Shown here: positions 30,048-40,365 of the stretch, piece after piece
Layout of the letters: every line of letters begins with the position of its first letter
Position numbering within the stretch: the first letter of the stretch is position 1
NCBI GenBank assembly: GCA_030141605.1
Contig: JAQGDQ010000365.1
Coordinates: 17,950-81,949 of the forward strand
Direction: 5' to 3'
DNA length: 64,000 nt
Origin: Tubiluchus corallicola
Taxonomy: Eukaryota; Animalia; Priapulida
Position numbers and translations under genes: made by a program
Notes under the pieces: model-generated
Seen by the model: only the letters and a program-made list of their open reading frames with translations
Told to the model about the DNA's origin: nothing
Database searches by the model: none

Positions 30048-31358
30048 GTGAATAGAGAGATTCTGAGGCTTGCGATTCCTAATATAGTAACCAGCATTAC
30101 AGTCCCGTTACTTAGCCTTGTTGATATGGCACTGATGGGGCATCTGGACTCCGAGGTTTATATAGGGGCTATCGCGCTTGGCGGGGTGGTATTTAACTTT
30201 TTATACTGGATGTTCAGTTTCTTGCGGATGGGGGCAAGCGGCTTTACTGCGCAGGCGTATGGGCAAAACAACAGAGAGGAGATACGTCTTCTGCTGGGAC
30301 GCTCAATGTGCATTGCTGTGCTTTCGGGAATTTTGTTGATTATTCTTCAGCACCCTATCGCCTGGGTTGCATTTACACTTCTTGAAGGGAGCCCAGAGGT
30401 AAAAGCTCTTGCCGGAGAATATTTTTTTGTCAGGATATGGGCTGCACCTGCTACAATAGGGCTATATAGCTTAACAGGATGGCTTATTGGTATGCAGAAT
30501 GCCAAGATTCCTATGGCGATCGCACTCATTGTAAATGTTATAAATATAGTACTTAGCATGCTATTTGTCCTTGTTTTTAATATGCAGTCGGCAGGGGTTG
30601 CATTGAGTACCGTAATATCACAGTATGCAGGATTGTTTATAGGCATTGTATTTCTGGTGAAGCGCTTTAGAAAAGATCTTCCTCAGTCACTGCTTCAAAG
30701 CCTTTTAGACATTAAAGGGCTTAAGCGGTTTCTGTCCGTTAATGGCGATATTTTTATACGTACTCTCTGTATTATAGGCGTTTTTACATTTTTCACTTCA
30801 AAGTCTGCCGGGACAGGAGACATTACCCTTGCAGTGAATTCCATATTGTTACAGTTTTTGATGTTTTTTTCTTTTTTTATGGATGGCTTTGCACATGCGG
30901 GAGAGGCTATTACCGGCAAATATTTTGGTGCTTTAAACAGAGGGCGGCTTATTCATCTTATAAAAAACCTGTTTGGGTGGGGAGTATTTCTTGCTGTAGC
31001 CTACTCTACAGCTTACTTTTTTGCTGGAAATGTAATAGTGTCGCTACTGACTGATAGTGCTCAGATTAAAGATCATATTTTGCCATTTCTGTGGTGGGCT
31101 GCTATAATTCCGCTAACCAGCTTTACTGCTTTTATATGGGATGGTATTTTTATTGGAGCTATAGCATCAAAAGGCATGCGAAATAGTATGCTGATAGCTA
31201 CATTCCTATTGTTTATTCCCATCTATTACCTGCTACATGAGCGTTTGGGTAATCATGCCCTGTGGCTTGCTATAAATATCTTCTTTTTTGGCAGAGGGGT
31301 GCTTCAAACGCTAATGGCCCGAACACATATATACAATAGGTTACCTTTAAAGGGGTAA
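30048..31358 (+). CDS. MATE family efflux transporter (DinF-like)
   Basis: LAIPNIVTSITVPLLSLVD, FLRMG, two repeats of about 6 TM helices. Confidence 0.92.
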   Translation: MNREILRLAIPNIVTSITVPLLSLVDMALMGHLDSEVYIGAIALGGVVFNFLYWMFSFLRMGASGFTAQAYGQNNREEIRLLLGRSMCIAVLSGILLIILQHPIAWVAFTLLEGSPEVKALAGEYFFVRIWAAPATIGLYSLTGWLIGMQNAKIPMAIALIVNVINIVLSMLFVLVFNMQSAGVALSTVISQYAGLFIGIVFLVKRFRKDLPQSLLQSLLDIKGLKRFLSVNGDIFIRTLCIIGVFTFFTSKSAGTGDITLAVNSILLQFLMFFSFFMDGFAHAGEAITGKYFGALNRGRLIHLIKNLFGWGVFLAVAYSTAYFFAGNVIVSLLTDSAQIKDHILPFLWWAAIIPLTSFTAFIWDGIFIGAIASKGMRNSMLIATFLLFIPIYYLLHERLGNHALWLAINIFFFGRGVLQTLMARTHIYNRLPLKG

Positions 31359-31425
31359 ATTCAGTAATTATCCTGTTTTGACGTCAACCCGCAGAGTATG
31401 AGCCCTTTGCTGGAAGGTGCATTTT

Positions 31426-31552
31426 GAAACACTTGCAACCCCCATCTTTCTATTAATGCTTTGTCAAAACCTTCATTTATGTCGGTAAGCTGCGGTTTTC
31501 ACTAAAGCTTTTCCTCAATTTGAGTCAATTTACTTTGTTTTGCAAAGGCTTC
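31426..31552 (+). mobile_element. Dispersed TIR repeat copy
   Basis: GAAACACTTGCAACC...TATTAATGCTTTGTCAAAACCTTCATTTATGTCGGTAAGCTGCGGTTTTCAC...TTCCTCAATTTGAGTCAA...TTTGCAAAGGCTTC. Confidence 0.87.
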
Positions 31553-31640
31553 ATCATATGCCAATTATGATGTTTAGACACTTTCTTGAAATCTGGGAAA
31601 AAGGTACTTGTTAAAGGACAAGAGTGTTATATTTTTTTAG

Positions 31641-31648
31641 TAGCTTTG
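31641..31648 (+). promoter_or_regulatory. Sigma-A -7 box TAGCTTTG upstream of ssb
   Basis: TAnnTTTG consensus about 54 bp before the ssb ATG. Confidence 0.55.
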
Positions 31649-31701
31649 ACACAGCACAATTGATGTTTTATTATTTCTGGAAACTAAATAATTTATTTGT
31701 T

Positions 31702-32154
31702 ATGGCAGTGAACAAAGCAATCTTACTAGGGAATGTTGGTAAAGATCCTGAGATCCGGCATCTTGACAACGGTGTTTCTGTTGCTAATTTCACATTGGCA
31801 ACATCAGAAACGTACACAAATAAAAGTGGAGAAAGAGTAACGAATACTGAGTGGCATAACATTGTGTGCTGGAGGGGGCTGGCAACGTTAGCAGAAAACT
31901 ATATAAAGAAGGGACGCCAGCTTTATGTTGAGGGTAGGCTTAGAACCCGCTCGTATGATGGCCAGGACGGCTCAAAAAGATATGTGACAGAAGTTTTTGC
32001 AGATGTTGTCCGGCTTTTAGGACGCAAAGATGGTGATACATCTATTGACCAGGGTAGTAATACAGGTAAGAGCGAGACCGACAATTTACGAGAGGAAGAA
32101 GAGCAGTATCAGCAAGTGGATCCTGGCAATAATGGAGATGACTTGCCTTTTTGA
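31702..32154 (+). CDS. ssb: Single-stranded DNA-binding protein
   Basis: VNKAILLGNVGKDPE, TEWHNIV, C-terminal DDLPF; start at MAVNK. Confidence 0.97.
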   Translation: MAVNKAILLGNVGKDPEIRHLDNGVSVANFTLATSETYTNKSGERVTNTEWHNIVCWRGLATLAENYIKKGRQLYVEGRLRTRSYDGQDGSKRYVTEVFADVVRLLGRKDGDTSIDQGSNTGKSETDNLREEEEQYQQVDPGNNGDDLPF

Positions 32155-32172
32155 TAATTTAATTTTACAAAT

Positions 32173-33531
32173 TTGGACGTAGGTTTGGGTTTTATATCGG
32201 GAGCCTTGGGGAACATAGATATATACCCTTTTTCAGTGAAAGTCTTTGTCGGACTTTTGGTGTTGATAATTCTCATAATTTTCTCTGCGCTGATTTCTGG
32301 CTCAGAGGTGGCATTTTTCTCTCTTGAGCCCGGAGATATACATGAACTTAAGAAGAGTAAAAGAAGTTCTGCCGGCAGAGTATTAAAGCTATTGTCTATA
32401 CCAGAGAGGTTGTTGGCTACAATATTGATAAGTAATAACTTCATCAATATCTCTATTGTTATTATTGCATCATATATTGCAAACTCTATTGTCGATTTAA
32501 GTCAGACACCTACAGTTGAGTTTGTCTTGAAGACTATTGTCATCACTTTTTTACTACTGCTTTTTGGTGAAATTATTCCGAAAGTTTATGCTACACACTA
32601 CTCTAAGCTGTTTGCAACAAAAATGTCAGGCTTTCTTATTGCAACAGAGAGAGTATTTAGGCCAGTCAATCATATCTTGATTGCTTTTACATCGTTTTCA
32701 AACAGGCGGTTACAAAAGTACCAAAAGAATATCTCTGTTGATGATTTATCGAAAGCCCTTAAGCTCACGGATCAGTCTGAGATATATGAAGATAAGGAGA
32801 TACTGGAGGGCATTGTAAAGTTTGGGAACAAGAGTGTGAATGAGATAATGTGTTCGCGTATTGATGTTATGGCTCTTGAGATACAATCGGACTTTGCAAC
32901 TGTACTTAAGCTGATTAATAAAACCGGTTATTCAAGAATACCTGTGTACACCAAAACTTTTGATAATGTGGAGGGTATACTGTACATAAAAGATTTGCTT
33001 CCTCATATAAACAAGAAAGGTTCATTCAGATGGCAGGCCTTGATACGTTCTCCATTTTTTGTTCCAGAGACAAAAAAGATAGACGATTTGCTGGAAGAGT
33101 TTCAAAAGTCAAAAATACATATGGCAGTTGTGGTGGATGAGTATGGTGGGACATCAGGTATAGTAACGCTGGAGGATGTTCTCGAAGAGGTTGTAGGGGA
33201 TATTGCAGACGAGTTTGATTATGATAAGCAGGAATTTTATACAAAGATCGGGAATAATGAGTTTATTTTTGACGGGAAAACAATGCTCAATGATTTCTAT
33301 AAAGTTGTAGGCTGTAGTGATAATGTATTTGATGAGGTAAAGGGTGATGCAGATACTTTAGCCGGTCTTATTCTTGAGATGAAGGGGGAGATTCCCAAGC
33401 GAAATGAAAGGATAGAGCACAAGAATTTTAAGTTCCGTGTAGAGGGTGTCGATTCCAGAAGGATAACAAAAATAAGAGTTCTGGTAAGGAATTGGCAAAA
33501 AATGGAACAAAAGCAGAGTAGGAAAGGATAA
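32173..33531 (+). CDS. gldE: Gliding motility-associated GldE (CNNM/CBS/CorC)
   Basis: SGSEVAFFSL, FGEIIPK, YSRIPV, VVDEYGGTSGIVTLED; upstream of gldD. Confidence 0.88.
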   Translation: MDVGLGFISGALGNIDIYPFSVKVFVGLLVLIILIIFSALISGSEVAFFSLEPGDIHELKKSKRSSAGRVLKLLSIPERLLATILISNNFINISIVIIASYIANSIVDLSQTPTVEFVLKTIVITFLLLLFGEIIPKVYATHYSKLFATKMSGFLIATERVFRPVNHILIAFTSFSNRRLQKYQKNISVDDLSKALKLTDQSEIYEDKEILEGIVKFGNKSVNEIMCSRIDVMALEIQSDFATVLKLINKTGYSRIPVYTKTFDNVEGILYIKDLLPHINKKGSFRWQALIRSPFFVPETKKIDDLLEEFQKSKIHMAVVVDEYGGTSGIVTLEDVLEEVVGDIADEFDYDKQEFYTKIGNNEFIFDGKTMLNDFYKVVGCSDNVFDEVKGDADTLAGLILEMKGEIPKRNERIEHKNFKFRVEGVDSRRITKIRVLVRNWQKMEQKQSRKG

Positions 33532-33536
33532 GAAGA

Positions 33537-34124
33537 ATGACATTTAGGGATAAAGTTTTTTACATCATTATAATATTTCCTGCGCTGATGCTTATGTGTG
33601 CGTGTGAAAGGAACTACACTCCAAAGCCACGTGCATTTTACAGGATTACTTTTCCTGAGAAAAGCTACAAGAATCTCAATTACGAGCTCCCGTACTCTTT
33701 TGATATACCTGTATATTCATATGTAGAGCATGTAGATGGATACCACTCTGAGCCGTTTTGGCTAACAGTGAAAATACCGGATAATAAGGCGGAGATACAT
33801 ATTAGTTACAAGGAGGTTGATAATAATTTGGCTGTGCTAACAGAGGAGTCCAGGTCGTTGGTGTACAAACACTCAGCAAAGTCCAGTGCGATTGGCGAGC
33901 GAATTTTCATTAATGACAGCGAAAAAGTATACGGTATTTTGTATACCATTAAAGGTAACGCTGCGTCATTGATGCAGTTTTATCTTACCGATAGTGTCAG
34001 GCATTTTTTACGTGGGGCATTGTATATAAGAGCAATTCCAAATATTGACAGTTTAAGGCCTGTTATCAGCTTCTTAGAAGAAGATATGATCAGAATGATG
34101 GAGACGGTTGAATGGAAAAACTAG
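33537..34124 (+). CDS. gldD: Gliding motility lipoprotein GldD
   Basis: Lipobox CAC, YTPKPRAFYRI, GNAAS..QFYLTDS..HFLRGALY. Confidence 0.9.
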   Translation: MTFRDKVFYIIIIFPALMLMCACERNYTPKPRAFYRITFPEKSYKNLNYELPYSFDIPVYSYVEHVDGYHSEPFWLTVKIPDNKAEIHISYKEVDNNLAVLTEESRSLVYKHSAKSSAIGERIFINDSEKVYGILYTIKGNAASLMQFYLTDSVRHFLRGALYIRAIPNIDSLRPVISFLEEDMIRMMETVEWKN

Positions 34125-34127
34125 ATA

Positions 34128-34775
34128 ATGCCTTTAAGCTATATTAAGAAGATAGATAGCGGGTTTATTGGTGTATGGAAAATAGGTGAGAGTCTTGATG
34201 AGCTTCTCCGCTTGGCTGATCTTACATTTAAAGATGAAGAGAAGCTTTCTAAGATAACCAATATACAGCGCAAGCGCGAATGGCTGGCTTCTCGCGTTCT
34301 ATTGGATAGAGTGTTGGGGATGAAAGTGGTGATAGGGTATAAGTCCAATGGCTCTCCTTTTCTTCAAAACGCCTCTTTTAATATTAGTATTTCCCATTCT
34401 GCGGATTTTGCTGCGATAGTGCTACATAAAAAATACATTCCAGGCTTAGATATAGAAAGAGTTACCCGCCCGGTCGGGAATATTGCTTCCCGCTTTATGT
34501 CTCAATATGAGTTGGCTTCATATGAGTTGGATGAGAAAAAGCAGGATGTTAATAAACTGCTTATTTACTGGTGTGCTAAGGAGGCTGTGTTTAAGATGCT
34601 CCATCGTTTGGAAGTAAATTTTTCAGAGCAAATAGAGGTGCTCCCTTTTAAAGTAGAGGGGAATAATGGGAGTTTGAGAGCTTTTTACAAAAGAGGGAAT
34701 TCCAGGTATGAAGTTGAGCTTCATTATAGTTTTGTTGAGGATAACATTATGGTTTGGGGAGTGAGATGCTTCTAA
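34128..34775 (+). CDS. 4'-phosphopantetheinyl transferase family protein
   Basis: ISISHS, GLDIE, WCAKEAVFK. Confidence 0.88.
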   Translation: MPLSYIKKIDSGFIGVWKIGESLDELLRLADLTFKDEEKLSKITNIQRKREWLASRVLLDRVLGMKVVIGYKSNGSPFLQNASFNISISHSADFAAIVLHKKYIPGLDIERVTRPVGNIASRFMSQYELASYELDEKKQDVNKLLIYWCAKEAVFKMLHRLEVNFSEQIEVLPFKVEGNNGSLRAFYKRGNSRYEVELHYSFVEDNIMVWGVRCF

Positions 34776-34948
34776 AATGTTATTATACAGGTAGAGCTCT
34801 TTCAGTACAGATATTTTATGGTGTTTTATGCAGATAAAGTAGCGGATTGGCTGCTGAGGTTTTCGCAAGGTGTTATATTTTACCCCAGATTGAGCATAAT
34901 TCTTTACTTTTGTGGTTCTTGTTTAAAGAGATATACATTTTATCGCAG

Positions 34949-36319
34949 ATGATACAAAAACTTTCAATTCCAAAAGGGACTCGGGACTTTTCTCCTGTTG
35001 AAATGGTGAACAGGAACTATATATTTAATACTATTAAAGATGTTTTTTCCATGTATGGTTTTCAGCCAATTGAAACACCTGCGATGGAGAACCTTTCAAC
35101 GCTGATGGGGAAGTATGGGGAGGAGGGGGACAGGCTTCTTTTCAGGATTCTCAATTCCGGAGATTTTATGTCCAAGGTGGGAGAAGAGGAGCTGTGTGAG
35201 TGCAATTCAGCAAAACTGGCAGGCAAAATCTCTGAAAAGGGGTTGAGGTATGACCTTACAGTGCCTTTTGCCCGGTATGTGGCTCAGCATCGCAATGACA
35301 TTGTGTTTCCGTTCAGGCGCTATCAGATACAACCTGTATGGAGAGCTGATCGCCCACAGAAGGGGCGTTATCGCGAGTTTTACCAGTGTGATGTTGATAT
35401 TATTGGCTCCAACTCACTTCTGAATGAGGTAGAGCTTATACAAGTTGCGGGTGAGGTTTTTAGAAGGCTGAAGTTAGATGTGGCGATAAAGCTGAACAAT
35501 AGAAAGATACTTACAGGGATTGTTGAAACAATTGGTGAAGAGAGTCGAATTACGGATATTATTGTAGCGATAGATAAGTTGCCAAAGATAGGGATTGAGA
35601 AGGTTAAGGAAGAGCTTGCGGCAAAGAGTATATCCAAGGCGGGCATTGAGAAGCTGCAGCCTATACTCAATATAGGCGGGACAAATGAGGAGAGGTTACG
35701 AGATATTGAGAAGGCTATTTCTGGCTCAAAAATAGGAGCCCAGGGGGTGAGTGAGGTAAGGGGTATTTTAGAATATGTTGATAACCTACCTGTTGGTTCA
35801 AGTCTGGAGGTTGACTTTACATTGGCCCGTGGGCTTAATTATTATACGGGGGCTATTTTTGAGGTCGTTTCTAAAGATGTTGAGATAGGTTCTATCACCG
35901 GAGGCGGGCGCTACGATAATCTGACTGGTATATTCGGGCTCCCGGATGTTTCAGGAGTTGGAATATCGTTTGGAGCAGATCGCATATATGATGTTATGAG
36001 CCAACTTGATATTTTTACGAAAGAGAGTGTAGTTGCAAGCAGGGTGATGTTTGTGAACTTTGGTGCAGAGGAAGAGAAATACTGCCTTTCTGTTCTTTCT
36101 AAGTTACGTGCTGCGGGGATAAGTGGGGAGCTGTATCCTGAGGCGGCAAAGATGAAAAAGCAGATGAGTTATGCCAATCGGAAAGGAGTTCTTTTTGTAG
36201 CTCTTGCAGGCAGCTCTGAGATGGAGGAGGACACTGTTACTTTAAAAAATATGAAAACAGGCGAGCAGTTAAAAGTTACACCTGACGAGATTGTGCATGC
36301 CATAATGAAGCATGCGTAA
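34949..36319 (+). CDS. hisS: Histidine--tRNA ligase
   Basis: [51 protein letters not shown]; start at MIQKLS. Confidence 0.97.
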   Translation: MIQKLSIPKGTRDFSPVEMVNRNYIFNTIKDVFSMYGFQPIETPAMENLSTLMGKYGEEGDRLLFRILNSGDFMSKVGEEELCECNSAKLAGKISEKGLRYDLTVPFARYVAQHRNDIVFPFRRYQIQPVWRADRPQKGRYREFYQCDVDIIGSNSLLNEVELIQVAGEVFRRLKLDVAIKLNNRKILTGIVETIGEESRITDIIVAIDKLPKIGIEKVKEELAAKSISKAGIEKLQPILNIGGTNEERLRDIEKAISGSKIGAQGVSEVRGILEYVDNLPVGSSLEVDFTLARGLNYYTGAIFEVVSKDVEIGSITGGGRYDNLTGIFGLPDVSGVGISFGADRIYDVMSQLDIFTKESVVASRVMFVNFGAEEEKYCLSVLSKLRAAGISGELYPEAAKMKKQMSYANRKGVLFVALAGSSEMEEDTVTLKNMKTGEQLKVTPDEIVHAIMKHA

Positions 36320-36346
36320 GCTTTAGGGTGAATCTTTCTTGTGCTT

Positions 36347-36808
36347 CTACTGCTTTTTCTCCCGCCCTCTGTACTCTTTCACAAGGTGCGACCTGAATTT
36401 ACCCTCAATGATATGAATAAGAGCAGCTTTGTAGGGAGTCAGTATCTCTTTAAACTTTTTGTTATAAGATATCACTAATTCCGCCTCTTTCATCTGCAGG
36501 TTGGCTAGATGATCAGGAATATCCAATAACTCTTTTTCATTCAGTTTTTTAATATTATCACCACTACATTTTTCCCACAACTCCCTTCTCTCTTTGTGGA
36601 GCTCAATTCTCTCTTTTTCCAGTTGATTATACACTGGCCAGAACTTTTCTGCCTCCTCAGGCGTCAGGTCCATTTTTTCTGTTATGAACGCTATTTTTTT
36701 AGATTTATACAAATCCATGTCCAGCCGTCCCTTTTTTGTGTGCTGGGCAAAAGAGTAATGGCTTACAAGCAATAGGGTGATCGATATAAAGCATTTAAAC
36801 ATAGTCAC
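36347..36808 (-). CDS. Periplasmic helical protein (Spy/CpxP-like) in ECF sigma cassette
   Basis: Signal peptide, KIAFITEKMDLTPEEAEKFWPVYN, two LTP motifs. Confidence 0.75.
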   Translation of the reverse strand: MTMFKCFISITLLLVSHYSFAQHTKKGRLDMDLYKSKKIAFITEKMDLTPEEAEKFWPVYNQLEKERIELHKERRELWEKCSGDNIKKLNEKELLDIPDHLANLQMKEAELVISYNKKFKEILTPYKAALIHIIEGKFRSHLVKEYRGREKKQ

Positions 36809-36829
36809 TAAAATTAAGCTATTTTGTTA

Positions 36830-37315
36830 TTATTCCCAAATAATTTCATAGTCAGAAAAGTTTAAAGAGATGTATTTCTCAAGATCGGCTGAGGCAAATT
36901 CCTGCTGTTGTGTTCTCCATTCGTCCATTATCGCCAAGAACTGGCATTCGGAGAGCATCTCTTTGCAATATTCTGCATACAGGTTGTTGTGGAGTGTGTC
37001 GGGAACAGGAGTGCCTGCGTAGTAGTATCTGTTATAAGTTTGACCAAAAGGCAGGCTGAGGATTGTAATAAAGCTGGAGAGCATGATGAAAATGATAAGA
37101 GCACGCCCAAGGTTAGCGGTTTTCCACTTTAGCCAGGAAGGCGTTAAATGTACCAACCAATCCAGCAGTCCTGTTTTGGCCCTGGTGCTGTGTTCTTCTC
37201 TAACGCGATCTTTCAATACTTCAGAGAAAGAATCAAAATACCCTTCCGGCACCTGAAATGGGGCCTCTTTTTTAATGTCGGAGAGAGTAACTCTTTTTTT
37301 GTTATGTGTCATCAC
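36830..37315 (-). CDS. Putative membrane anti-sigma factor
   Basis: PFQVPEGYFD motif, one TM helix, directly downstream of the ECF sigma. Confidence 0.7.
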   Translation of the reverse strand: MMTHNKKRVTLSDIKKEAPFQVPEGYFDSFSEVLKDRVREEHSTRAKTGLLDWLVHLTPSWLKWKTANLGRALIIFIMLSSFITILSLPFGQTYNRYYYAGTPVPDTLHNNLYAEYCKEMLSECQFLAIMDEWRTQQQEFASADLEKYISLNFSDYEIIWE

Positions 37316-37349
37316 TAATAAGTCTTTACGAGTAGTTAGTTGATTATTT

Positions 37350-37374
37350 GACTATTTACAGCTCTATAGGTTTA
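37350..37374 (-). promoter_or_regulatory. Putative ECF promoter TAAACC-N15-AGTC overlapping the sigma stop codon
   Basis: Minus strand TAAACC TATAGAGCTGTAAAT AGTC; same motif and spacing as 38082-38106. Confidence 0.7.
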
Positions 37375-37917
37375 AACTTCATTAAGATATTTCTCAATTT
37401 TTTTTACTGCATGGTGATATGATGCCTTAAGTGCACCTATAGATGTGTCAAGTGCTGCTGCCATATCTTCATATTTTATATTATCAAAGTATTTCATGTT
37501 AAAAACCACTCTCTGCTTGTCAGGCAGCTTCAGTATTGCCTGCTGCAACTTCACTTGTATTTCGTCTCCAGAAAAATACTCATCACTTTTGAGTGTGCCC
37601 GCGAGGTGCTCGCTGGTGTCATTTATAGGCAAAAATGCCTTTTTTTTTCGATGTTGTAAAAGGCTTAATGCTTCATTGGTGGCGATACGGTAGAGCCAGG
37701 TAAAGAGAGAGGAGTCCTCCCTGAAGCTGTTTATGTTTTTCCATACTTTTACGAATGTGTTTTGCAGGGCGTCGTCTGCGTCTTCATGAATAATCACAAT
37801 TTTCCGTATATGCCAATAGAGGCGTTCCTGATATGTTTTCACCAGTATGTGAAAGGCGAGATCTTTTTTCCCCTCTGTTTTTAAATCTTTAATTAAGTTT
37901 TTTTCGTTAGCCTGCAT
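37372..37917 (-). CDS. ECF-type RNA polymerase sigma factor
   Basis: DADDALQNTFVKVW, FTWLYRIATNE (region 2), LPDKQRVVF...KASYHHA (region 4). Confidence 0.95.
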   Translation of the reverse strand: MQANEKNLIKDLKTEGKKDLAFHILVKTYQERLYWHIRKIVIIHEDADDALQNTFVKVWKNINSFREDSSLFTWLYRIATNEALSLLQHRKKKAFLPINDTSEHLAGTLKSDEYFSGDEIQVKLQQAILKLPDKQRVVFNMKYFDNIKYEDMAAALDTSIGALKASYHHAVKKIEKYLNEV

Positions 37918-37940
37918 ATTTTTGCTTACGTACAGATATC

Positions 37941-38060
37941 AAGATCTTTGCAAAATTCATCTTTTTATTAATATTTCTGTCAAAATCCTCATTTATATTA
38001 TATAAGCAAACTGTGTTTTTCCTCAGTCTGAACCAAAGTCTATTGTTTTGCAAAGATCCC
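37941..38060 (+). mobile_element. Dispersed TIR repeat copy with perfect 13-bp TIR
   Basis: GATCTTTGCAAAA (37943-37955) and TTTTGCAAAGATC (38046-38058); internal TTTTTATTAATATTTCTGTCAAAATCCTCATTT. Confidence 0.9.
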
Positions 38061-38081
38061 GTGCTACTTACTATCTTATCT

Positions 38082-38106
38082 GACTGCATGTTTTATAAAA
38101 GGTTTA
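38082..38106 (-). promoter_or_regulatory. Putative autoregulatory ECF promoter TAAACC-N15-AGTC
   Basis: Minus strand TAAACC TTTTATAAAACATGC AGTC upstream of the ECF sigma gene. Confidence 0.7.
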
Positions 38107-38251
38107 AAGAAGGAGATAAGTAAGTTCAGTTAAAGCATAGCGTTTGCCTGTCTGGGGAGGTATTGATGCCGCTAAGTTTAAGATAAGGGAGCGTAACATT
38201 AAAAAATATGGTGAATATTTCTACTTGTGGTGTTTCAAACGCTGAAAGTAG

Positions 38252-38259
38252 TAAATTTG
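38252..38259 (+). promoter_or_regulatory. Sigma-A -7 box TAAATTTG upstream of ychF
   Basis: TAnnTTTG about 28 bp before the ATG at 38287. Confidence 0.55.
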
Positions 38260-38286
38260 CCCACGTTTTTAAAATTACAAGGAGTC

Positions 38287-39387
38287 ATGGCGCTACAATG
38301 TGGAATTGTTGGTCTGCCTAATGTAGGTAAGTCAACTATATTTAACTGTTTATCAAATGCTAGGGCGCAGTCTGCAAATTTCCCTTTTTGCACTATTGAG
38401 CCTAATGTGGGGGTTATTACGGTACCGGACAAGCGATTGATAGAGCTTGAGAGGATTGATAAGCCGAAGAGGGTTGTTCCCACTACAATTGAGATAGTAG
38501 ATATTGCGGGTCTTGTGAAAGGAGCCAGCAAAGGAGAAGGCTTAGGGAATCAGTTTCTAGCAAATATTCGTGAGGTTGATGCTATTATCCATGTTCTTCG
38601 CTGTTTTGAAGATGATAATGTTGCTCATGTAGATGGTTCGGTAGACCCTGCAAGGGATAAGGGTATTATTGATACAGAGCTTCAGCTCAAGGATCTTGAA
38701 ACGGTGGAAAGCAGGATTATAAAGCTCACAAAGCAGGTAAAGGCGGGGAGTGACAAGGAGTCGCAGAGGGCACTTGGTGTTGCAGAGAGGATAAAAGAGT
38801 CGTTGGAGTCAGGTATGTCTGTGAGGGCTATTGAGTTTTCTGAAAGCGAGCAAAAAGTAGCAGACAGCTTTTTTTTGCTGACGAGTAAGCCTATTTTGTA
38901 TGTGTGTAATGTTGACGAGCCCAATGCTGTGCTGGGTAATGAGTTTTCAAAAAAGGTTATAGAGCTTGTAAAAGATGAGCAGGCAGAGGTTATGGTAATT
39001 GCTGCTGCTGCCGAGGCTGAAATAGCGGAGCTGGAGACTTTTGAAGAGAAGCAAATGTTTCTTAAAGACATTGGGCTTGATGAGCCTGGAGCCAATCGAC
39101 TTATACATTCAGCATATAAGCTACTTAAGCTCGAAACATATTTTACTACCGGAGCTGACGAGAGTCGTGCGTGGACTTTTGTTAAGGGGACAAAAGCTCC
39201 TCAGGCAGCCGGGATAATCCATACTGATTTTGAAAAAGGGTTTATTAGGGCTGAGGTCATTAAATTTGATGATTATGTAAGCTTGGGTTCAGAGGCTGCA
39301 TGTCGTGATGTCGGAAAAGTTTCTGTAGAGGGGAAAGAGTATGTGGTTCAGGATGGAGATATTATGCATTTTCGGTTCAATGTATAA
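38287..39387 (+). CDS. ychF: Redox-regulated ATPase YchF
   Basis: GIVGLPNVGKST, NFPFCTIEPN, DIAGLVKGAS.GEGLGN, EGKEYVVQDGD; start at MALQCG. Confidence 0.97.
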   Translation: MALQCGIVGLPNVGKSTIFNCLSNARAQSANFPFCTIEPNVGVITVPDKRLIELERIDKPKRVVPTTIEIVDIAGLVKGASKGEGLGNQFLANIREVDAIIHVLRCFEDDNVAHVDGSVDPARDKGIIDTELQLKDLETVESRIIKLTKQVKAGSDKESQRALGVAERIKESLESGMSVRAIEFSESEQKVADSFFLLTSKPILYVCNVDEPNAVLGNEFSKKVIELVKDEQAEVMVIAAAAEAEIAELETFEEKQMFLKDIGLDEPGANRLIHSAYKLLKLETYFTTGADESRAWTFVKGTKAPQAAGIIHTDFEKGFIRAEVIKFDDYVSLGSEAACRDVGKVSVEGKEYVVQDGDIMHFRFNV

Positions 39388-39441
39388 TTGTTTTGGTTCT
39401 AGTCTTTGGTCTATCAACGGCTTTTTATTAAATATATGGAT

Positions 39442-39569
39442 GCCTCTTTGCAAGGCAGTAGTATTTTTGTCAAGATCCTTTTCAAAATCTTTGCTTGTGC
39501 TGATAAAGGAGTGGTTTTCATCGAATTTTACCCAACCCAAGTCCAAATCTTTCGCTTTGTAAAAGTCTT
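39442..39569 (+). mobile_element. Dispersed TIR repeat copy
   Basis: CTCTTTGCAAGG...TATTTTTGTCAAGATCCTTTTCAAAATC...GTGGTTTTCATCGAATTTT...TTCGCTTTGTAAAAGTCTT. Confidence 0.8.
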
Positions 39570-39838
39570 GCTGGCTAAAGCTTTCAAGAGCCTTTTTTGA
39601 AGATGCTGTGCTTAATTGTTTGTGCCGTAGGAGTCTTGCCTGTAACTACCAGGTTTTTTAGGGTGTTATTGCCTATTACGCTCTCATTTTTCAATCGCAA
39701 GGTAAAAAACAACATGAATTTTGTTCTAAGACTTTTTTTTTGTATCTTACTCTCAATTCTAATACGTGTATTTTTAAGCTGACTAACTTCTCTAACTGAC
39801 TGTTGAAAATTGAGTTATAAACTAATAAAATTACAGTT

Positions 39839-40222
39839 ATGATGAAAAAGTTACTTTTTATTTATGCGTTTGCATTATGCAGTGTTGCGGGATATGCTCA
39901 ATATTCCGGCCCAGCGGCTAATTTGGACAGGATGACTGTAGAGCAGGTAAAAAGAAGTGCTGCTTCGCTTGACAGAAAAGATGCAATAGTTAAGTTAACC
40001 GGACACATTACATCTCAAATCACAGATGAAGAGTATTGGTTTGAAGATGCTACAGGAAAGGTTGTTGTTGAAATAGACAGAGAGGTATGGGCTCTTGTCG
40101 GAGCAATTGACAACTCAACCAGGGTAGCTATTATTGGTGATGTTGATTATGAGGTCTTTGCAACTACAACTACCAGGGTTAAGGTAGATGTTAAGAAGAT
40201 TCTTCCTGTCGTAGAAGAGTAG
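39839..40222 (+). CDS. Periplasmic OB-fold (BOF, YgiW/YdeI-like) protein
   Basis: Signal peptide, QYSGP, VKLTGHI, YWFEDATGKVVVEID. Confidence 0.85.
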   Translation: MMKKLLFIYAFALCSVAGYAQYSGPAANLDRMTVEQVKRSAASLDRKDAIVKLTGHITSQITDEEYWFEDATGKVVVEIDREVWALVGAIDNSTRVAIIGDVDYEVFATTTTRVKVDVKKILPVVEE

Positions 40223-40365
40223 CGCAGGTAGCCAGTGGGCTTGCTATTGCAGGTAGTAAGTCTAACACGAAGTTTTGTGTGCGCTACATGGATAGTGCTG
40301 TTGAGTTTTTGATTAATAGCGTACACGTACATTTTTAAATATAAGGGGTGTCTACTTTTCAAAGA

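Noticed and set aside
34780-34880. Further very decayed repeat copies (also near 23800, 29870, 50820, 57310)
   Set aside because: Similarity is limited to short AT-rich words and cannot be supported without a profile search.
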